A stretch of DNA of 64,000 nucleotides from positions 163,310,001-163,374,000 of the forward strand of contig NC_058368.1 in the NCBI RefSeq assembly GCF_018350175.1. Direction: 5' to 3'. This document shows, one piece after another, positions 11,312 to 25,440 of the stretch. Position 1 is the first letter of the stretch; the number at the start of each line of letters is the position of its first letter. Under the pieces are notes generated by a model. The model worked only from the letters and a program-made list of their open reading frames with translations, was not told the DNA's origin and ran no database searches. The position numbers and the translations under genes are program-made. The DNA is from Felis catus. Its lineage: Eukaryota.

Positions 11312-13269
11312 AAAAATCAGTTTTAAAAGATCAAGCCAGTATCATAACTTCCCTTATAAACAGCATTTGCTTAGGATATATGTTTATCAAAAGTAGTATA
11401 CAAAAGTAAATGAAGAAATCACTATAATGTCTTAATTTTCTTAAGTTCAAAATTGCTGATAAAATTAGATGTTTTCTTGTAGTCACTTAGTTGTACAAAG
11501 TTTGGCTTATGACTGACTTGGGGAATATTCTAATGTATTAAATCTATATGTTTTTATATTCATCATTATGGGGGATAAAAAGGAATCCCAATCAGTGCTT
11601 AAAATTCAGGACAGAATTATCAAGGACACCTGCCCTGCAAATGAGGCTTTACTGGAATAGTTTTTAGTTCTTTGGGGGTTGTGATTTACTTGTCTCCTTC
11701 TCTCTAATTATTAATATGTAATAATATTTGCATTTTTTTAAATAAAAATTCCGAGGTATTTTTTGAGCATGAGAATAAAAAAGAGGGATGTACTCCATAT
11801 CCCATTTCAAGACTAGTTTGACTTTCAGATTAAGCCTCTTGTACAAGTGGAGAAAATTAATCTGTGGGCACCAACAGCCTTCTGGGCACCAGCAGTAGGT
11901 TATCTGTTGCACTCATTGGAGAAAGTGGATTCAAGGTCTTCCCAAAATAGCACGATGAGTGCTGGGAAATGCCCAGAGAAGATCCCTATCTGACTCTAGA
12001 GTTTACGTATCTGGAACCCCCATAGATTCACTGTCCACCCATATGTGGCCAGTGGCCGTGTCCCATCCTGCCTTCCCTAGTCCTGTGACCTGTTCTTCCA
12101 CTGCACCCTCATCCTCTTCTCATTCAATCTATGCATTAGGACAAACATGGCAAATAGGTTTGCTTTTTGAGGCAAGTCCATTTGAATGAGAGGAGCTGCC
12201 TAGAAAATGTTAAGAACTGTGAGACCATGAGTGTGAAAGACAGAGGTAGTGGCTCCAGTATCCAGTTCTATGCCAGTGCATTTCTGTTGCCAGAAAAAAT
12301 ATATCATGGGTAAAGGTTGATTGCATTAAGTCATTGTCTTAAAATGAACATGAATCACAGCTTTTAGTGTTTCTTAGTTCTTAGTGTTTTAGTTTTTTTC
12401 CCTTTACAAAAACATTAAAGGAGCATGGTTGTCTTGCTACTGAAGGAGGAAAATCAAGGAATATCCTAATTCTGGACGAGTATTTGCTTTTTATTCACAA
12501 AGACTTAGGCAACGTGTATAAATTTCCAAGAGTTAGAAAACTAATAACAAGAGAGATTAATATGCTATACCCTCCACCTTCCCTAAACCAAGGAAGTAAC
12601 ATTATCCATTTTACCAATGGAGAAGCTAATAGCAAAGACAATTCAGTGATTATTAGAAAGGAAAGTCACCAGACCTTTGTTTTGTTTACTTAGCTGCCTC
12701 ACATTAAGTTGTTTTTTCCACTTTATTTTTTGAAAGTTCAGGATTGGTGTCATTTAAGATGCTACACGTCACATTCTCTGGTTGGATTTGTATAATTCAC
12801 CTCCTGCTTCATCAGCAAGGCTCAGTTATGTGAATTAGGTAGAATACAAAAACACTGAATGGATCTTGTAAACTGCAAATTAAAGTCATACATTGTTCAC
12901 TGCTAATTGTTTAAGTTTAAATCATGATGCTTCCTCTTTATTTTTACTAAAACCTATATAATGTCCACTTGGGAAAGATATGATTGAACTATTAACAGTG
13001 TTTTCTTCTGTGAGAATAATCTAAACATCTCCCAAATCTGGGTTCAGAGCTGCAAATACACATCAAGCTTTTTTTTTCTTTCTTTATTAAAAATGAGAAA
13101 CAGGACTTTTTGTTTTCAATTATTTTTTGTTATCTTTATATCAATATGATATTTAAAGAAAATATTTTACAATATTTTCTAAGAGACTCCCTTATGATCA
13201 TCTATTTTCTCAATAAGATTTTGAGTTCTTGTTGTTTTTTATTCTAGTAAATTTTTTAAAGGAGAAAAT

Positions 13270-13500
13270 ATATTTATTGAGTGCTCATTATGTAATACCA
13301 TTCTATTAGGCACTATATAAGCATTGTCTTATTAATTTTCATAAAAACATTGCATTTACGGTACTAGTAGTCCCGTTTTTATATGAGGTATTGAAACTCA
13401 GGGAGATTAAATAACCTAGCAATCACCAAATAGCCAGTAAATAGGAGAACAAGGATTTAAATGCAGATTTATTTGAATCTGAGACCATGTTTGTTTCATA
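13270..13500. mobile_element. MIR SINE
   Basis: Degraded MIR core CCCGTTTTTATATGAGGTATTGAAACTCAGGGAGATTAAATAACCTAGC. Confidence 0.7.
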
Positions 13501-13825
13501 AACCTGTTAATGGTTTATATGTATTTTCCAGGGAATGTTTCTATGTATATATATTTTATGTGTGCATATGTGTGTACACAGACACATATACTTTTTCTTA
13601 CACATATATTATGCAATAAAAGCTTTCTTTTGTCACATAAACTAAATAGAGATCACTGGTTTCATCCTAAATCCTTGAGTAACTTTTTTCTTCTATTTTC
13701 ACATGTCCATCCAGAAAGAAATGTTACTAATCTGAATTCTGATAAGGTATTTCTGATCACCTCGCTGTTAAAAGAGCCTAGTTCTGTTTTGTACAATTTT
13801 GACGTATCCCTCTCTGAATCGAAGT

Positions 13826-14023
13826 GAGAGATTAGCAAATTATTTCTTAAAGTGTCACATAGTAAATATTTTCAGCTTGCCAGCCGTATGGTCCCAGTTG
13901 TAACTGCTGTAGTGAGAAAGCAGCCCTAGACAATATGTAAATGAATGGCTTGGCTTTGTTCCAGTAAAAAAAATTATTTACTAAAACAAGCAGCCACCCG
14001 TGCCCTGTAGTTTCCTGATCCCT
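13826..14023 (-). mobile_element. MER58A-like hAT-Charlie DNA transposon
   Basis: Matches the reverse complement of the recalled consensus: ATAGTAAATATTTTCAGCTT..GAAAGCAGCC.TAGACAATATGTAAATGAATGG..TGTTCCA.TAAAA..GTAGTTT.CTGATCCCTG. Confidence 0.8.
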
Positions 14024-14239
14024 GATTGAAAACCATTGCATATGCCATTTAGGCTAATAAATGGATTTAACCTTTGACATCTTATGAACTGTGTCTTCTG
14101 ACTTCTAGAACATAAAGAATAAAAATACCAATGCAAGGTTAACAGCTCTTTGATCTTTGTTCCTTAGTTACCTATTTGGTTTTCGTGAGTTAAATGGTCA
14201 AAAACAAGACTTTTCTTATTTGGAATATTGTGTTTCAGT

Positions 14240-14520
14240 CTCCTCCATCTCAGTGAACAGCAGTGCCTGTGTTACATAGTTCCTGTAGGAACTAGAAAAA
14301 CACTGGAGTCTTTCTTGGTTCCTCTTTCTCACACCCCATGGACAGTATGCCAGCAAGTCCTGCTGGTTCTACCTTCCAGATATATCCAGAATCCAGTCCT
14401 TTCTCACCACACTCATCTCTCCCACTCTAGCCCGTGTAACATTCTCTCTACATTATTACAGTAGCTCTCCTCACTGGTCTCCTTGCACCCTTGATTCCTA
14501 TAGTTTGTGCTCCATCTAGC
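14240..14520. mobile_element. L2 LINE fragment
   Basis: CAGCAAGTCCTG..TTCTACCTTCCAGATATATCCAGAATCCA..CTCACTGGTCTCC, typical of L2. Confidence 0.7.
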
Positions 14521-17184
14521 AACAAATTGCGCGATATCATTCTATAGAATATTATGCAGTAAGTGGAAGACTGAGAGAGATCTACATGTGTTGCCCTAGA
14601 AGTATTTTCACTGTGTGTTGAGTGAGAGAAGCAAACTGTAGTGATATGCAGAGTGTGATCCCATCTTAATAAAAATAAATAATAACAAAACTCCTGAATG
14701 TGTGTGTGTGGTTAGATATTTTTGTACAGGCATGGAGGAAGCTGGAAGGAGATACATTAAACTGTAAACACAGGTTCCCTTGGAGAAGTTAGCAGGTGAA
14801 GGAGGATAACAGCAGATTTTTTAGTATATATCAAAGTTGTTTCATCATTAAAAAGATCATCTTTTATTTTGTAATTGCTAAAAATTAATAAATAAATAAG
14901 CACTATCACCAATGAAAAGAATACACAACAACAACAACAAAAGATCTTCGTTTCTGATATAAACCCTAATGTTCTAGAAATCTCTAGAGGGGTTTTCCAC
15001 GCAATGCCTCTAATTGATAAATTTTTAATTCCTATTCCTCTGCTTTGCAACAATGCTATTAAGAGAGCCTGATTAATTAAAGAATTTAGGAAATTGGTAC
15101 ACGTTTAGAAACAAATAGAGCCTTTTTTGTAGGGGGTCATTCTTCTATTTTAGTTGGTCTGAAGATATTTGTTGAAGGCAACCATGCATATCTTTCCACA
15201 TTAGCAAGAGAAGTGATTCTCTTTGCACTTATTAGCCACCAGAAAAATCCTCTTTGTTTCACTTGTTTTCAGATTTATATAGTCTGAATTAATATTTCAA
15301 TAACCCTATTCAAGAGGAGCATTCGGAACCATTCCACATGAATGTTGCCTTCTTTAAGCAAAAGTGCCGAACACACTCTTTCAAGGCACAGATTGCTTTT
15401 CACAGATAATGTATTCTACTTAATCATACATAAAGGGACAAATCTGAGGTACACATTAAAGGAATAGCTTTGTCTCAGCATGCAAAAGTCACCTCATCCA
15501 ACAAACCTCAGTGCAGTTTTAAGGAGGAAGATATATAAAAATAGCCAGTACAGTTCTGCTGTACATTGTGTCATACTCCCACCCTCCGCGAATCCAGTGT
15601 TAAATGAAAACATTTGCCATGGCAACATCGATTTACAAAGGGCAAATGATGTTTCTGAGATATTGGAGTACTTCCTTTCATAGATCTCAGATGTACACAC
15701 AGTTAACACTTTAGCACTCTTATTCAATAATTTTGTATATAACTGAACTTGATTATTCTTAAATGTTTTAATTTGGAAATAGAATACAAAACAAAACACT
15801 ACACTCTCAACAAAAACTGACACCAAGTTAAATATACGCTGGAAAATATCACTAAAATATTTCAGCTTTCACTGTTTGTGGAAATCAAAATTATTTCATG
15901 TGGTAAGCTACACTGAACTATGGTTAAATCTTTTGCTTTCAACTGAATGAACATTTTGCTTTGAAAATGCAAAGTATCTGTTTACCTCACTATTTCTATA
16001 ATTGATGTTACTAGTTATAATATTTAGCTTCCCCATTTTGGACACATTAAAATATTAATTTTATCTCCTTAATGTATTTTTCATAAATGCTACAGCAGTA
16101 TTCACAGATATTTTACTGTTGTGGTTTTCATCCACTTGCCTCAGACTTTGAAAGCAGATGCAGGAGCTGTAAGAAGGAAGATAGATTGGTAGCCTGGGTA
16201 AATATGAGTATTAAAGAGGTGACTGTAGTGGGGTCAAACAAGTTTAGAAGTTAACAAATAGTCTCTGTATTTTTTTTGTGCTCTCATAACCACTCTGTAA
16301 TACAGAATGGAAAAAACTATGCTCAGGGGTAAGGAAATTAAGTTCCCGCCCTAAACAGCTCAGAGCTAAGGGTAAGAAATTTATCTTACTCAACATGAAT
16401 TCTTTGACTCTGCCAGAGGTATATACTGTTCTATCTTACACCTATCATTTATTTAATCAGCACCGTAAGCTTGGGTCTAAGAAACCCATGTCTGTTAGGT
16501 GTAAGGAGACTCTTAGTCCCTCAATCAATTATGGCAGGAGTCAGTTGAGATAAACAAGGTATTTCATACAGTTACAACCCACAATATTCCCTTTTCACTT
16601 TGGTTTGTGATGACCTGAAAACCTTCTACAATAGCCAAAGAGATTTGAAGCACCACTGAAGCAAATAAAAGCCAAATCTAGCGCTCTTTTAATGCTTTCA
16701 AGTCTGCTGCTGGTGAGGGACTCCAAATTTATTGGAAGACTGTGTGTCATTTATTTATTTCCGCTTCCCTTCCTTTCTCAACATGTATTCCCCAAGATTC
16801 AAAAATGTCAGTTGTCCAAAAAAGGTTTACAAATATATGAATCCAAGGCAGTTTCTTTGCTTTTAAAAGAGATAAATCTTCCAGAACCTATTTATTGTAG
16901 TTATGAACTTTAGAGAGAACAGGAATATGCAAACCCATGAAACACTGTTATGAAGGAGAACATTAATTAAAGAATGATCTTGTCACTTTATTGTGGTAGT
17001 CAGTTCAAGACATCATGGACTGACAATGCTTTCTTTTCTTTGAGGTGTGTTCAAATCTGGTAATTCAGGCATATATGAAGATGTTCTAAGTAACTTCGAA
17101 ATGTAAACAAGATTGAAATGGTTTTTCCAATTCTTTCCTTTCTAAATATCAGTCTTCCAGACCGTTTCTCCCCCAGGTTTTTAA

Positions 17185-17397
17185 TTTTTTTTTTCAACGT
17201 TTATTTATTTTTGGGACAGAGAGAGACAGAGCATGAACGGGGGAGGGGCAGAGAGAGAGGGAGACACAGAATCGGAAACAGGCTCCAGGCTCCGAGCCAT
17301 CAGCCCAGAGCCCGACACGGGGTTCGAACTCACGGACCGTGAGATCGTGACCTGGCTGAAGTCGGACGCTTAACCGACTGCGCCACCCAGGCGCCCC
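17185..17397 (-). mobile_element. Young CAN-SINE (SINEC_Fc-like)
   Basis: Near-identical to 6055-6272; perfect 16-nt TSD TCCCCCAGGTTTTTAA at 17169-17184 and 17398-17413. Confidence 0.95.
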
Positions 17398-18004
17398 TCC
17401 CCCAGGTTTTTAAAAATAATCTTATGTAACCATCGTGACATCATTATATAGCAGTCATTATACTACACTAGCCTATCACGTATTACGGTGAATAGAATAG
17501 TCTCGATAGCTAGCCCTTCCTTATAAAATTACTTGTATGAGTCAGGGGAAGAAGTCTGAATTCAGTCTGAGTAGTCATCACTCAAGGAACAAATCCCTGT
17601 TTCGTGTCCACTCGTTGAAGTATTATCCCACTTCTGTCTTTTTCGAGATATACAGTCAAGAATGTAAGTTCCTTAAGAGAAAAGGCTTGTACAAGTTTCG
17701 TTCACTCTTGTATCCCCTGGGCCTAAAACAATGCCAAGTGTCCAATAAAGATTAGTTGAAAATTTTTTTTTCAAAAGGTAAGGAAGTTACCTTCATACTG
17801 AGGATATTCCCTGCCCCTCCCCGATACCCACAAACACACACACATACATGCACTTCCCAGTGACTGTGGTATTTTTTATGCCTCCACACTGATGACAAAT
17901 CTCCTGCTTGTGAATCTCCTGCTGCCATGCTCCTAATATGTAAGAAATCTTCATCAGATCAATTATTTTCATTTCTACTGTAATCTTTTTACTTTTGCAC
18001 GATT

Positions 18005-18380
18005 TTTTTTCACTTTTATCAGCTTGAGATGAAATTTACTTAAAAATAAAAAATCACCGATTTCAAGAGTAGAATTCGATGAATGTTAATAAATATATAT
18101 GCAGTTGTATAATTGCCCCTTAGTCATGGTAAATAACATTTTCATCACTCCTGAATATTCCCTTGTGTTCCTCTGTGCTCTTTCCCATTCCTTCCCCAAA
18201 CCCAGCCTCTGGCAAGGACTGATCTCTCTGTCACTACAGTTTGGCCTTCTCTAGATTCACATGTAAATGTAATCACAACAGTATATAGTCTTTGGTGTCT
18301 GGCTTCTTTAACTTAGCATGAGACATTTGAGATTCATCTGTGACATTGTGTTTATCACTAGTTTGTTCCTTTTTATTGCA
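18005..18380 (-). mobile_element. Old L1 (L1M-type) 3' end
   Basis: Antisense L1 3' UTR motifs AACATTTTCATCACTCC..GGCAA..ACTGATCT..TCTGGCTTCTTT.ACTTAGCAT..TTTGAGATTCATC. Confidence 0.75.
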
Positions 18381-20210
18381 AGTCATAGCCGTGAGGGAGT
18401 CTGGACTTTTTGCCTTAGGCAGACTGGCTCCAAATCTTGTGCTTTTGACCATTATGTTAGGATGTTTTTCAGTTCATATAGTTTTCTTATCATCCCCATT
18501 AATGCTGTTCTCTTACTGGGAATCTTCAGTGACTCCTCCATCTGACCTCGTATGTTTCCTAGTCCACATTCTTGAATTCTGTGTCCAATGGTCCCCATCT
18601 GTGCCACTTTAACTTTTGTTCCCTGCATTGCTACTTCCTGACTTTCCCATTTTCTACCATGCTTAGCCTGTTTGTTATTCCTACAAGTAGATGCCCTGGA
18701 ACTGATGTCATTCTTTTGTGCCTGTTATAATGTCTTTGCCCTGCATCTTCACTTATTGAAATCATACACTATTAAGTTAAAGAATCCATGTACCTTTCGT
18801 CATGAAGCTACCTGATTCCCTCAAACTGATCTCATCTCAGTGCCGTGATACTTTATACCACCATTCTAGACCTGTTGTATTGTCACTTACACTGATTCAT
18901 TCTCGTGTTTTAAATCTCTCCCACTAAAAAGTCTCTCAAACCAATGACTGCATCTTATTCATCATTGTGCATATTTTTGTCAGTTTACACTTAGGCTGAG
19001 CAAACAGACATCACAATCTTTATTTAAAAGAAGTCAGCTCATACCTGTCCTGCAGATTAGATATTTTTTGCACAGTGTTTTGTATCATGCCTTGCACATA
19101 GAAGGTACTCAGTGAACATTTGTTGATTAATAGATCTATCTGCCTTAAATCTGTGCCCAGCTATTTCTTCTGCTTTTGGGTACATGTAGGAAAGCAGGTT
19201 GGCTGATGACTCATATGATGTAATAAAGATTGTCTGTCTAGTTAAGGCTATATGTTTACAGATTGATGAGGCTGTTGCGACATCTCATCTCCTTGGTTAA
19301 AATGATTGGAATAGCATTAGACTGTGTTCCCTTTCTAGTGTCTAAAATCGAGGTGTCTACAGTTTTCATTTCTTCCTTCAAAATGCCTTTCTGGTCTGTC
19401 CCTTTTCGTCTCCATCCCAGTGACACTGGTTTCTTCATTCCCGGGTCTTCCTGCACTCCCTGTCCAGTTTGGCTCTTGCTGTGTTCCTGCTGTGCTTGCT
19501 CTTCCCTCCCTGCTTGCCTTGGGTGATGCCTTCCCAGCTTTCCAGCTTCCATGTCTCAGTCTGATCACCATTGTTTCAGAGGAGCTTGTCCCGACCACCT
19601 CCTCTTTCCTCCTTTGCTGTGATGCCCCTACTCCACCTTTCAGGGAACTGTCATAGCCGCCCCCAGCTCCTAGGATGTGCTTCACAACTGCAGTTTTTAC
19701 ACTTGTTCGTGTCATTACTCTCCTCATGCCTCTATTTTGTCATCAGACTGTGGACCGTGTGAAGGCAGGAAACATACCTGTTTTGCTCACCATTGTCTGG
19801 CAACGCTAGACTTAGTATATATTTGTGGAATCAATAGATACATGGACCGTATGGCCAGATATATGGACATATTTCACTGCTATTCTCCTGTTACAGACTT
19901 AACCCAGACTGAAAGCAACATCTCCTGGTTCGTTTCCAGACTCCACTGCCTTCTCCCTCCCATTGTGTCCTTATTGCTAATTCTCAGTTCCATCAATGTG
20001 TTCTTCCTAAAGGACTGCACTCATGACTTAATGCCCCACACCTCACTCTCTTGCTATAACCAGCCTCACATCTAAATAGATCAAATCGAAATTCACTTTA
20101 TCTCCCAGGCCCTTTCTATTACCTAGCTTCATTCAACTTTTTCAACTTCCTTTCTCAGAACTCCCTAAAATGTCACCTCCACGCCTGTTCATCACACTTG
20201 CTCCCATCAG

Positions 20211-20240
20211 GGTTTTGGTTTTGGTTTTGGTTTTGGTTTT
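20211..20240. repeat. (GGTTTT)5 hexanucleotide repeat
   Basis: Read directly from the sequence. Confidence 0.9.
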
Positions 20241-21489
20241 TTCAAACTAATTTTTTAGCTTAGAGGGTCTTTCTCTTACCTCTGTTTATCTGAATTCTTC
20301 CCCTCCTACACAGTGACTCAGCTTCTCTGTTCAAGGTCTCTCAGATGCTAAGAGAACTCTAGGCCACTTCCTCTGTTTTTGTGGCTTCCTTTTGATCATG
20401 GAATATTAAGAAATGCCAAACCAAGAGTGTAAAAGGAGGGATGTATTCTACTTGCTGGGAATTCTTCATTGGCCTCTCCAGATGTACTTTCCACTCATCT
20501 CTAGCCTTCTCTGCTCTGCAGGAGACTTACCTTTATGGATTCCATCCATAGGCTCCCTTACTCTCTGGCTTCCTGTTGGCTCTAGTCATTGGGAGGCACA
20601 GACAGAAAACTGAAAAGCAGGAAGATGTGCTGACGGAATTTATTTCCTTGGCTCTTTCTCTGTTGGGCAGCTGGTTGACACTGACAATTTCTCTTGCTTT
20701 GCCATAGCTCCTATTCTCTCTTATGGCTAAAGCAGCTTCTGGTTTTGACAATTCTTCCTCTTCTTGCCTCATATGTCTTTAAGTAGTAACAGCTTGCTAC
20801 TTTGTGAATCCCTGGGGTGTTTCAACATCACCCACATGCTTCTTTTAACCTAGCCCCTACCTTTATTCTTGGTTCCTTGGTTACCTTTTCCTTAATTGTC
20901 CCCTTTATTTTGCCTTCTGTTTCCTAAAGAAACTTGACTGATATATTTTAATATTAAGTATAGCAAATTAATACTTTTATTACAAAGATGGTACAGTGCC
21001 ATTCACAAGAAAATTGCAAGATTTGTAAAATATGTTAAGTCTGTGAATTACAAGTGGTGAACAAGTTGGAACTTGTAAGATAAATGTCATCTTTTTTCAG
21101 TCTTGTCTGTGTGTCTCTCTCTGCATAATCTTGTTAGGAGAAAAGGCCCTCTGAATGTTAGGCCCTGCCAGATGGCCCTCCTCCCTGTCCCCTGACTGGT
21201 CCTATCTAGGACCAAGTCATGACTCTCCCTTCTCTGAACTCCTCTATCACTCTTCTAGCCCTTAACACTAAGCTTTACACCTCACTCTTCCCTAAGCCCA
21301 ATAGGCTTTGTCTCCATTAGATTTTAAACTTTCTGAAGGGAGGGAATTATTTGTATGTATTTTTGTGTACCAGGATTAAAATATATACGGACTCAAGATA
21401 TGATGGTTGTTCAGTTTGTTTGTTATTGAATTAGTTGGTTGATAAGTTGGTAGCAATGATTCTTTGGGACAAACTGTACCTTTTTTATA

Positions 21490-22550
21490 TTTTAAACATT
21501 TTTAATGGAAACTTCTAATGTACACAAAATTAAAAGTCTTATATAATGAACTCCCACATACCCATTCATGATGATAAACCCATGCTCAGGCTTATTATCA
21601 TTCCTCCCCAACACACACACTGAATTATTTTGAGGCATCTACTAGACATCATTTCATTTCATAGTATTTCAGTATGTATTTTTTTTTAATTTTTTTTTCA
21701 ACGTTTATTTATTTTTGGGACAGAGAGAGACAGAGCATGAATGGGGGAGGGGCAGAGAGAGAGGGAGACACAGAATTGGAAACAGGCTCCAGGCTCTGAG
21801 CCATCAGCCCAGAGCCTGACGCGGGGCTCGAACTCCCAGACCGCGAGATCGTGACCTGGCTGAAGTCGAACGCTTAACCGACTGCGCCACCCAGGCGCCC
21901 CTCAGTATGTATTTTTAAAAATAAGTACTTTCTTTTGAAACATAACCACAATTACCATTATATCATCATATATCTAGTCAGTATCAAATTTCTCTGATAT
22001 GTATTTTTTTTTAATGTTGGTTTGTTTGCATCATGATCCAAACATAGTCCCCATGGTAAATCTTGTTGATAGGTCTCGTTTATAGGGATTCTTGAGATTC
22101 CTTTTGTCTCTTTTTTCTCCTGTAATTTATTGAAGAAAATGGTATTTGTCCTAAAAAGTTTTCTGTGTTCTAGGTTTTGCTGATTGCATCACTAGAGTAT
22201 CGTTTAACATGTATCTCTGTCCTTTGTATTTCCTCTCCTGCTACATCTAAGGGCTTGATCAAATTTAGAGTTTTTAGCAAGAATTTTTCATAGGTGATGT
22301 TATATTAAACCAATAGGAAGCATATAATATCTGGTTGTCTCTCTTCTTATAATGTAAATCGTAATAAACAAATTGGGAATTGTGAAATTGATTGACCCAT
22401 TATAAAGTTTCCTATAAGTTTTTCACCTATTGGTTTTAGCAGCCATGAATATTTATCATTGCCTCGATTTGTTACAAGTTGCATATGATGAGTATTCTAA
22501 TTATGTCATTTCTCGCAGATTTGTCAATGAAAATACTTTTATAAAAAGAA
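21490..22550 (-). mobile_element. Old L1 (L1M-type) fragment hosting a young SINE
   Basis: Degraded antisense L1 3'-region motifs on both sides of the SINE. Confidence 0.55.
21684..21901 (-). mobile_element. Young CAN-SINE (SINEC_Fc-like)
   Basis: TSD TCAGTATGTATTTTT at 21669-21683 and 21902-21916; CpGs largely intact. Confidence 0.95.
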
Positions 22551-22560
22551 ACTTTCCTCC

Positions 22561-23490
22561 AGGGGAACTCTTGTGCATTGTTGGTGGAAATATAAATTGA
22601 TATAACTACTGTGAAAAACAGTATGGAGATTCCTCGAAATTTAAAAATAGAAATACTGTAGGATTCAGTAATTCCACTACTGGGTACTTACCCAAAGAAA
22701 ATGCAACCACTAATTTGAAAAGATACATGCACCCATAAGTTTATTGTAACATTATTTTACAATAGCTACATTATGCAAACAACCCAAGTGTTGATTGATA
22801 GATAAATGGATTATATATATTTGTACACACACACAGTGGAATATTACTCAGCCATAAAAAACAATGGGAGCTTGATAGATGGACCTGGAGGGATTATGCT
22901 AATTGAAATAAGTCAGAGATATAGAGATGAATACCATATTATTTGCCTTATATGTGTAATCTAAAATACAAAGCAAACAGACTCTTAAATATAGAAAACA
23001 AACTGGTGGTTGTCAGAGGGGAGGTTGGTGAGGAGGATGAAATAGATAAAGGAAACTGAAAGGTACAAACTTCTAGTTTAAAATAAATAAGTCATAGATG
23101 TGAAAAGTACAGCATGGAGAATAAAGTCAATAATATGATAGGGTGCCTGGGTGGCTTAGTCAGTTAAGCGTCCAACTTTTGACTTAAGCTCAAGTCGTGA
23201 TCTCACAGTTTGTGAGACGGAGCCCCACATTGGGCTCTGTACCAATAGCTCAAAATCTACTTGGTATTCTCTCTCTCCCTCTCTGCCCCTCCCCTGCTCA
23301 GTCTCTCTCTTTCACTCTCTCTCTCTCAAATAAATACACATTAAAAAAATAATACTGTGATAATATTCTATGGTGACAGATGGTGACTATACTTATAGTG
23401 GTGAGCACGGAGTAATTCATAGAATTGTTGAACCAATGTGTTGTATGCTTGAAACTAATATATTGTATGTTAATTGTACTTAGACAATAA
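22561..23490 (+). mobile_element. L1 3' end interrupted by a SINE
   Basis: AGGGGAACTCTTGTGCATTGTTGGTGG..AAAACAGTATGGAGATTCCTC..GGAATATTACTCAGCCATAAAAA, ending in an A-rich tail. Confidence 0.88.
23141..23348 (+). mobile_element. CAN-SINE nested in L1
   Basis: Head GGGTGCCTGGGTGGCTTAGTC, CT linker and A tail; L1 sequence resumes afterwards. Confidence 0.9.
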
Positions 23491-24959
23491 TAATTACAAA
23501 AACCATTTGATCACTCTTAAATTCAGTTTATTATGTTTACACAGTTTATATTTTGTAACTGCTGGATATAAAAGGTCATATTTTCTTATAGCACCTACGA
23601 AGGGCTACTGATTGTTTAGTTTATTGTTCTTATTATGCTGTGTATGTATAAGTCTATGAAAACTTCAAGAAATGAAGCTGATTTTAAAATGTTGAATCTA
23701 CTTTTTCTTTTAGTGTCAGGGATTTCCCAAGCTGGTTTAACAAAGGACACCAATACTAAAGTGCAGTATTTATGTTTATAATGTAAAATTAACTGATGAT
23801 AAGTAAAAACGTATCTGGGAAATGGACATTTTCAGTTTCTAAGCTCTTTGGTTCATTGTAATAATAACTCCATTAACTATATGACAAGTTTCCACCCCTG
23901 GGAGTTGAGATACAAGAGAAGACAACCTTTGTAGAGTCATTCATTTTCTTGAATTATTAATTTGTCTTTCAATGGAAGTTGGAAAGTTGCGGTGGGATAA
24001 ATTTAGTTTGATAGTCTTTTTTTTTTAAAGCATAAATAAAATCCTTAAAGGAAAAAATGACTCACTGCTCTGGAGCTATTTTTGTAGGAATAGGCCCTTT
24101 GTGAAATGTTACTAGTCATGCAGTTTAAAAAAAATTCAACAAACAAATTCAACCAACATTCACTACATACCCAATTCTTATGCCAAGTGGTCTTTGGCAA
24201 TACAAACAAGAATAAATCAAGGCTTCAGCCTTTAAAACACAATGTAATAAAAAGGGGACACACTAGCAAACAAGGAGCTTTGTTCTAACCTGCCTGATGT
24301 TGAAACAGATATTTATGATGTGCGAAGGAAAAGCAAAGAGCATTCCAAAGAATATTTTTATATTTGATTTTATAGTTCCTCTTAGAAATTCAAGGCAAAG
24401 GATGCAAATCTGTAGTAATGTTTTCTTTATGAGTTGGAAATCTAAGGAAAATGAACAGTTTGCAAAATCACTGTGAGGGAGGTTCAGAGAGACAGAAGTG
24501 TAAGCATATCATGCCTGTGGTACCTCTTGTTTGGAAGAAAAAAACATTTTTCAGAAGGTACAATTGTCTTTTTTTCACTTACGGTTAAACTGGTTTTCCA
24601 TCTCTTTATTTCTCTCAAGATCATCAGGTTTGCCAAACTGAGAATTTGGCATTTTATCCGCTCCTGGCCTCTAAATCTTAGTGTATTTTGACACCTACTC
24701 AAGAGATGCAACAGAAAATGTCTAATGTAGTATATATTTAGTTGACATAATTATTTTACTAGGCAAGAAGAAAAGATTTCAAAAATTCTGAATATTGCAG
24801 ATCAATACATTGAAATGGACCCAGCTACCCAAAGATTATCTACCACTGGTTAAATTCAGAATTTTGAGGATTTTTGTTTTTGTTCTCAGTAATATTCTGT
24901 CAGGACATTTTGGTTGCCTACTCTACCAGCATTTTTTTTTCTCCCTTTCTTTCTTTGAC

Positions 24960-25440
24960 CTTCCCTAGCCCAGAAAGTGAATCTTGATTAGACTAAGCCA
25001 ATCATAGTAATTGTTTTACCTTGTAATGATTAGTTTAGAAAATGGCGTGTGATACATTTCTGGCCATTTAGATGTAAAGGGAATTCTGCTGGAAGCAAAT
25101 GCTTCTGGGAAAGCTTCACTCTTGAAAGGGAACTGAAGGAAGGACTTTCCCTCTGTTGGCCTTTGGGAATTAGCCTGAGAATATGACATTGAAAGCTGCT
25201 ACAACTGTCTCATAATCACGAAGAAAGAATCCTACAGATGAAAGGCGATATACTGAATATGATAAAGTTGATAGGTGGAAAGAACCTAGGTCTTTGATGA
25301 CATTGTTGAGTTGCTAGATGAAATAACCATTCCTGCCCCTGTCTTATTTCTGGAATTCACACACACACATTATGTGAGAGACTGCATCTCTGTTTAAGCC
25401 ATTTTGAGTTCTTCTGCAATTTGCAACAAAATGTACTCTT
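24960..25440. mobile_element. Degraded MaLR (MLT1-like) LTR
   Basis: CTAAGCCAATCA..GTGTGATACATTTCTGGCCA..GCTTCTGGGAAAG..GGTCTTTGATGACATTGTTGAG..TGTTTAAGCCA. Confidence 0.65.

Noticed and set aside
17762..17783. Possible recursive splice site T9CAAAAG|GTAAGG in the 31-kb intron
   Set aside because: The acceptor is AAAG rather than YAG, and the intron is short for typical recursive splicing.
19256..20075. Cluster of 60-130 aa ORFs on both strands
   Set aside because: No homology recognised, no coherent splice structure, and it overlaps pyrimidine-rich L2-like remnants.
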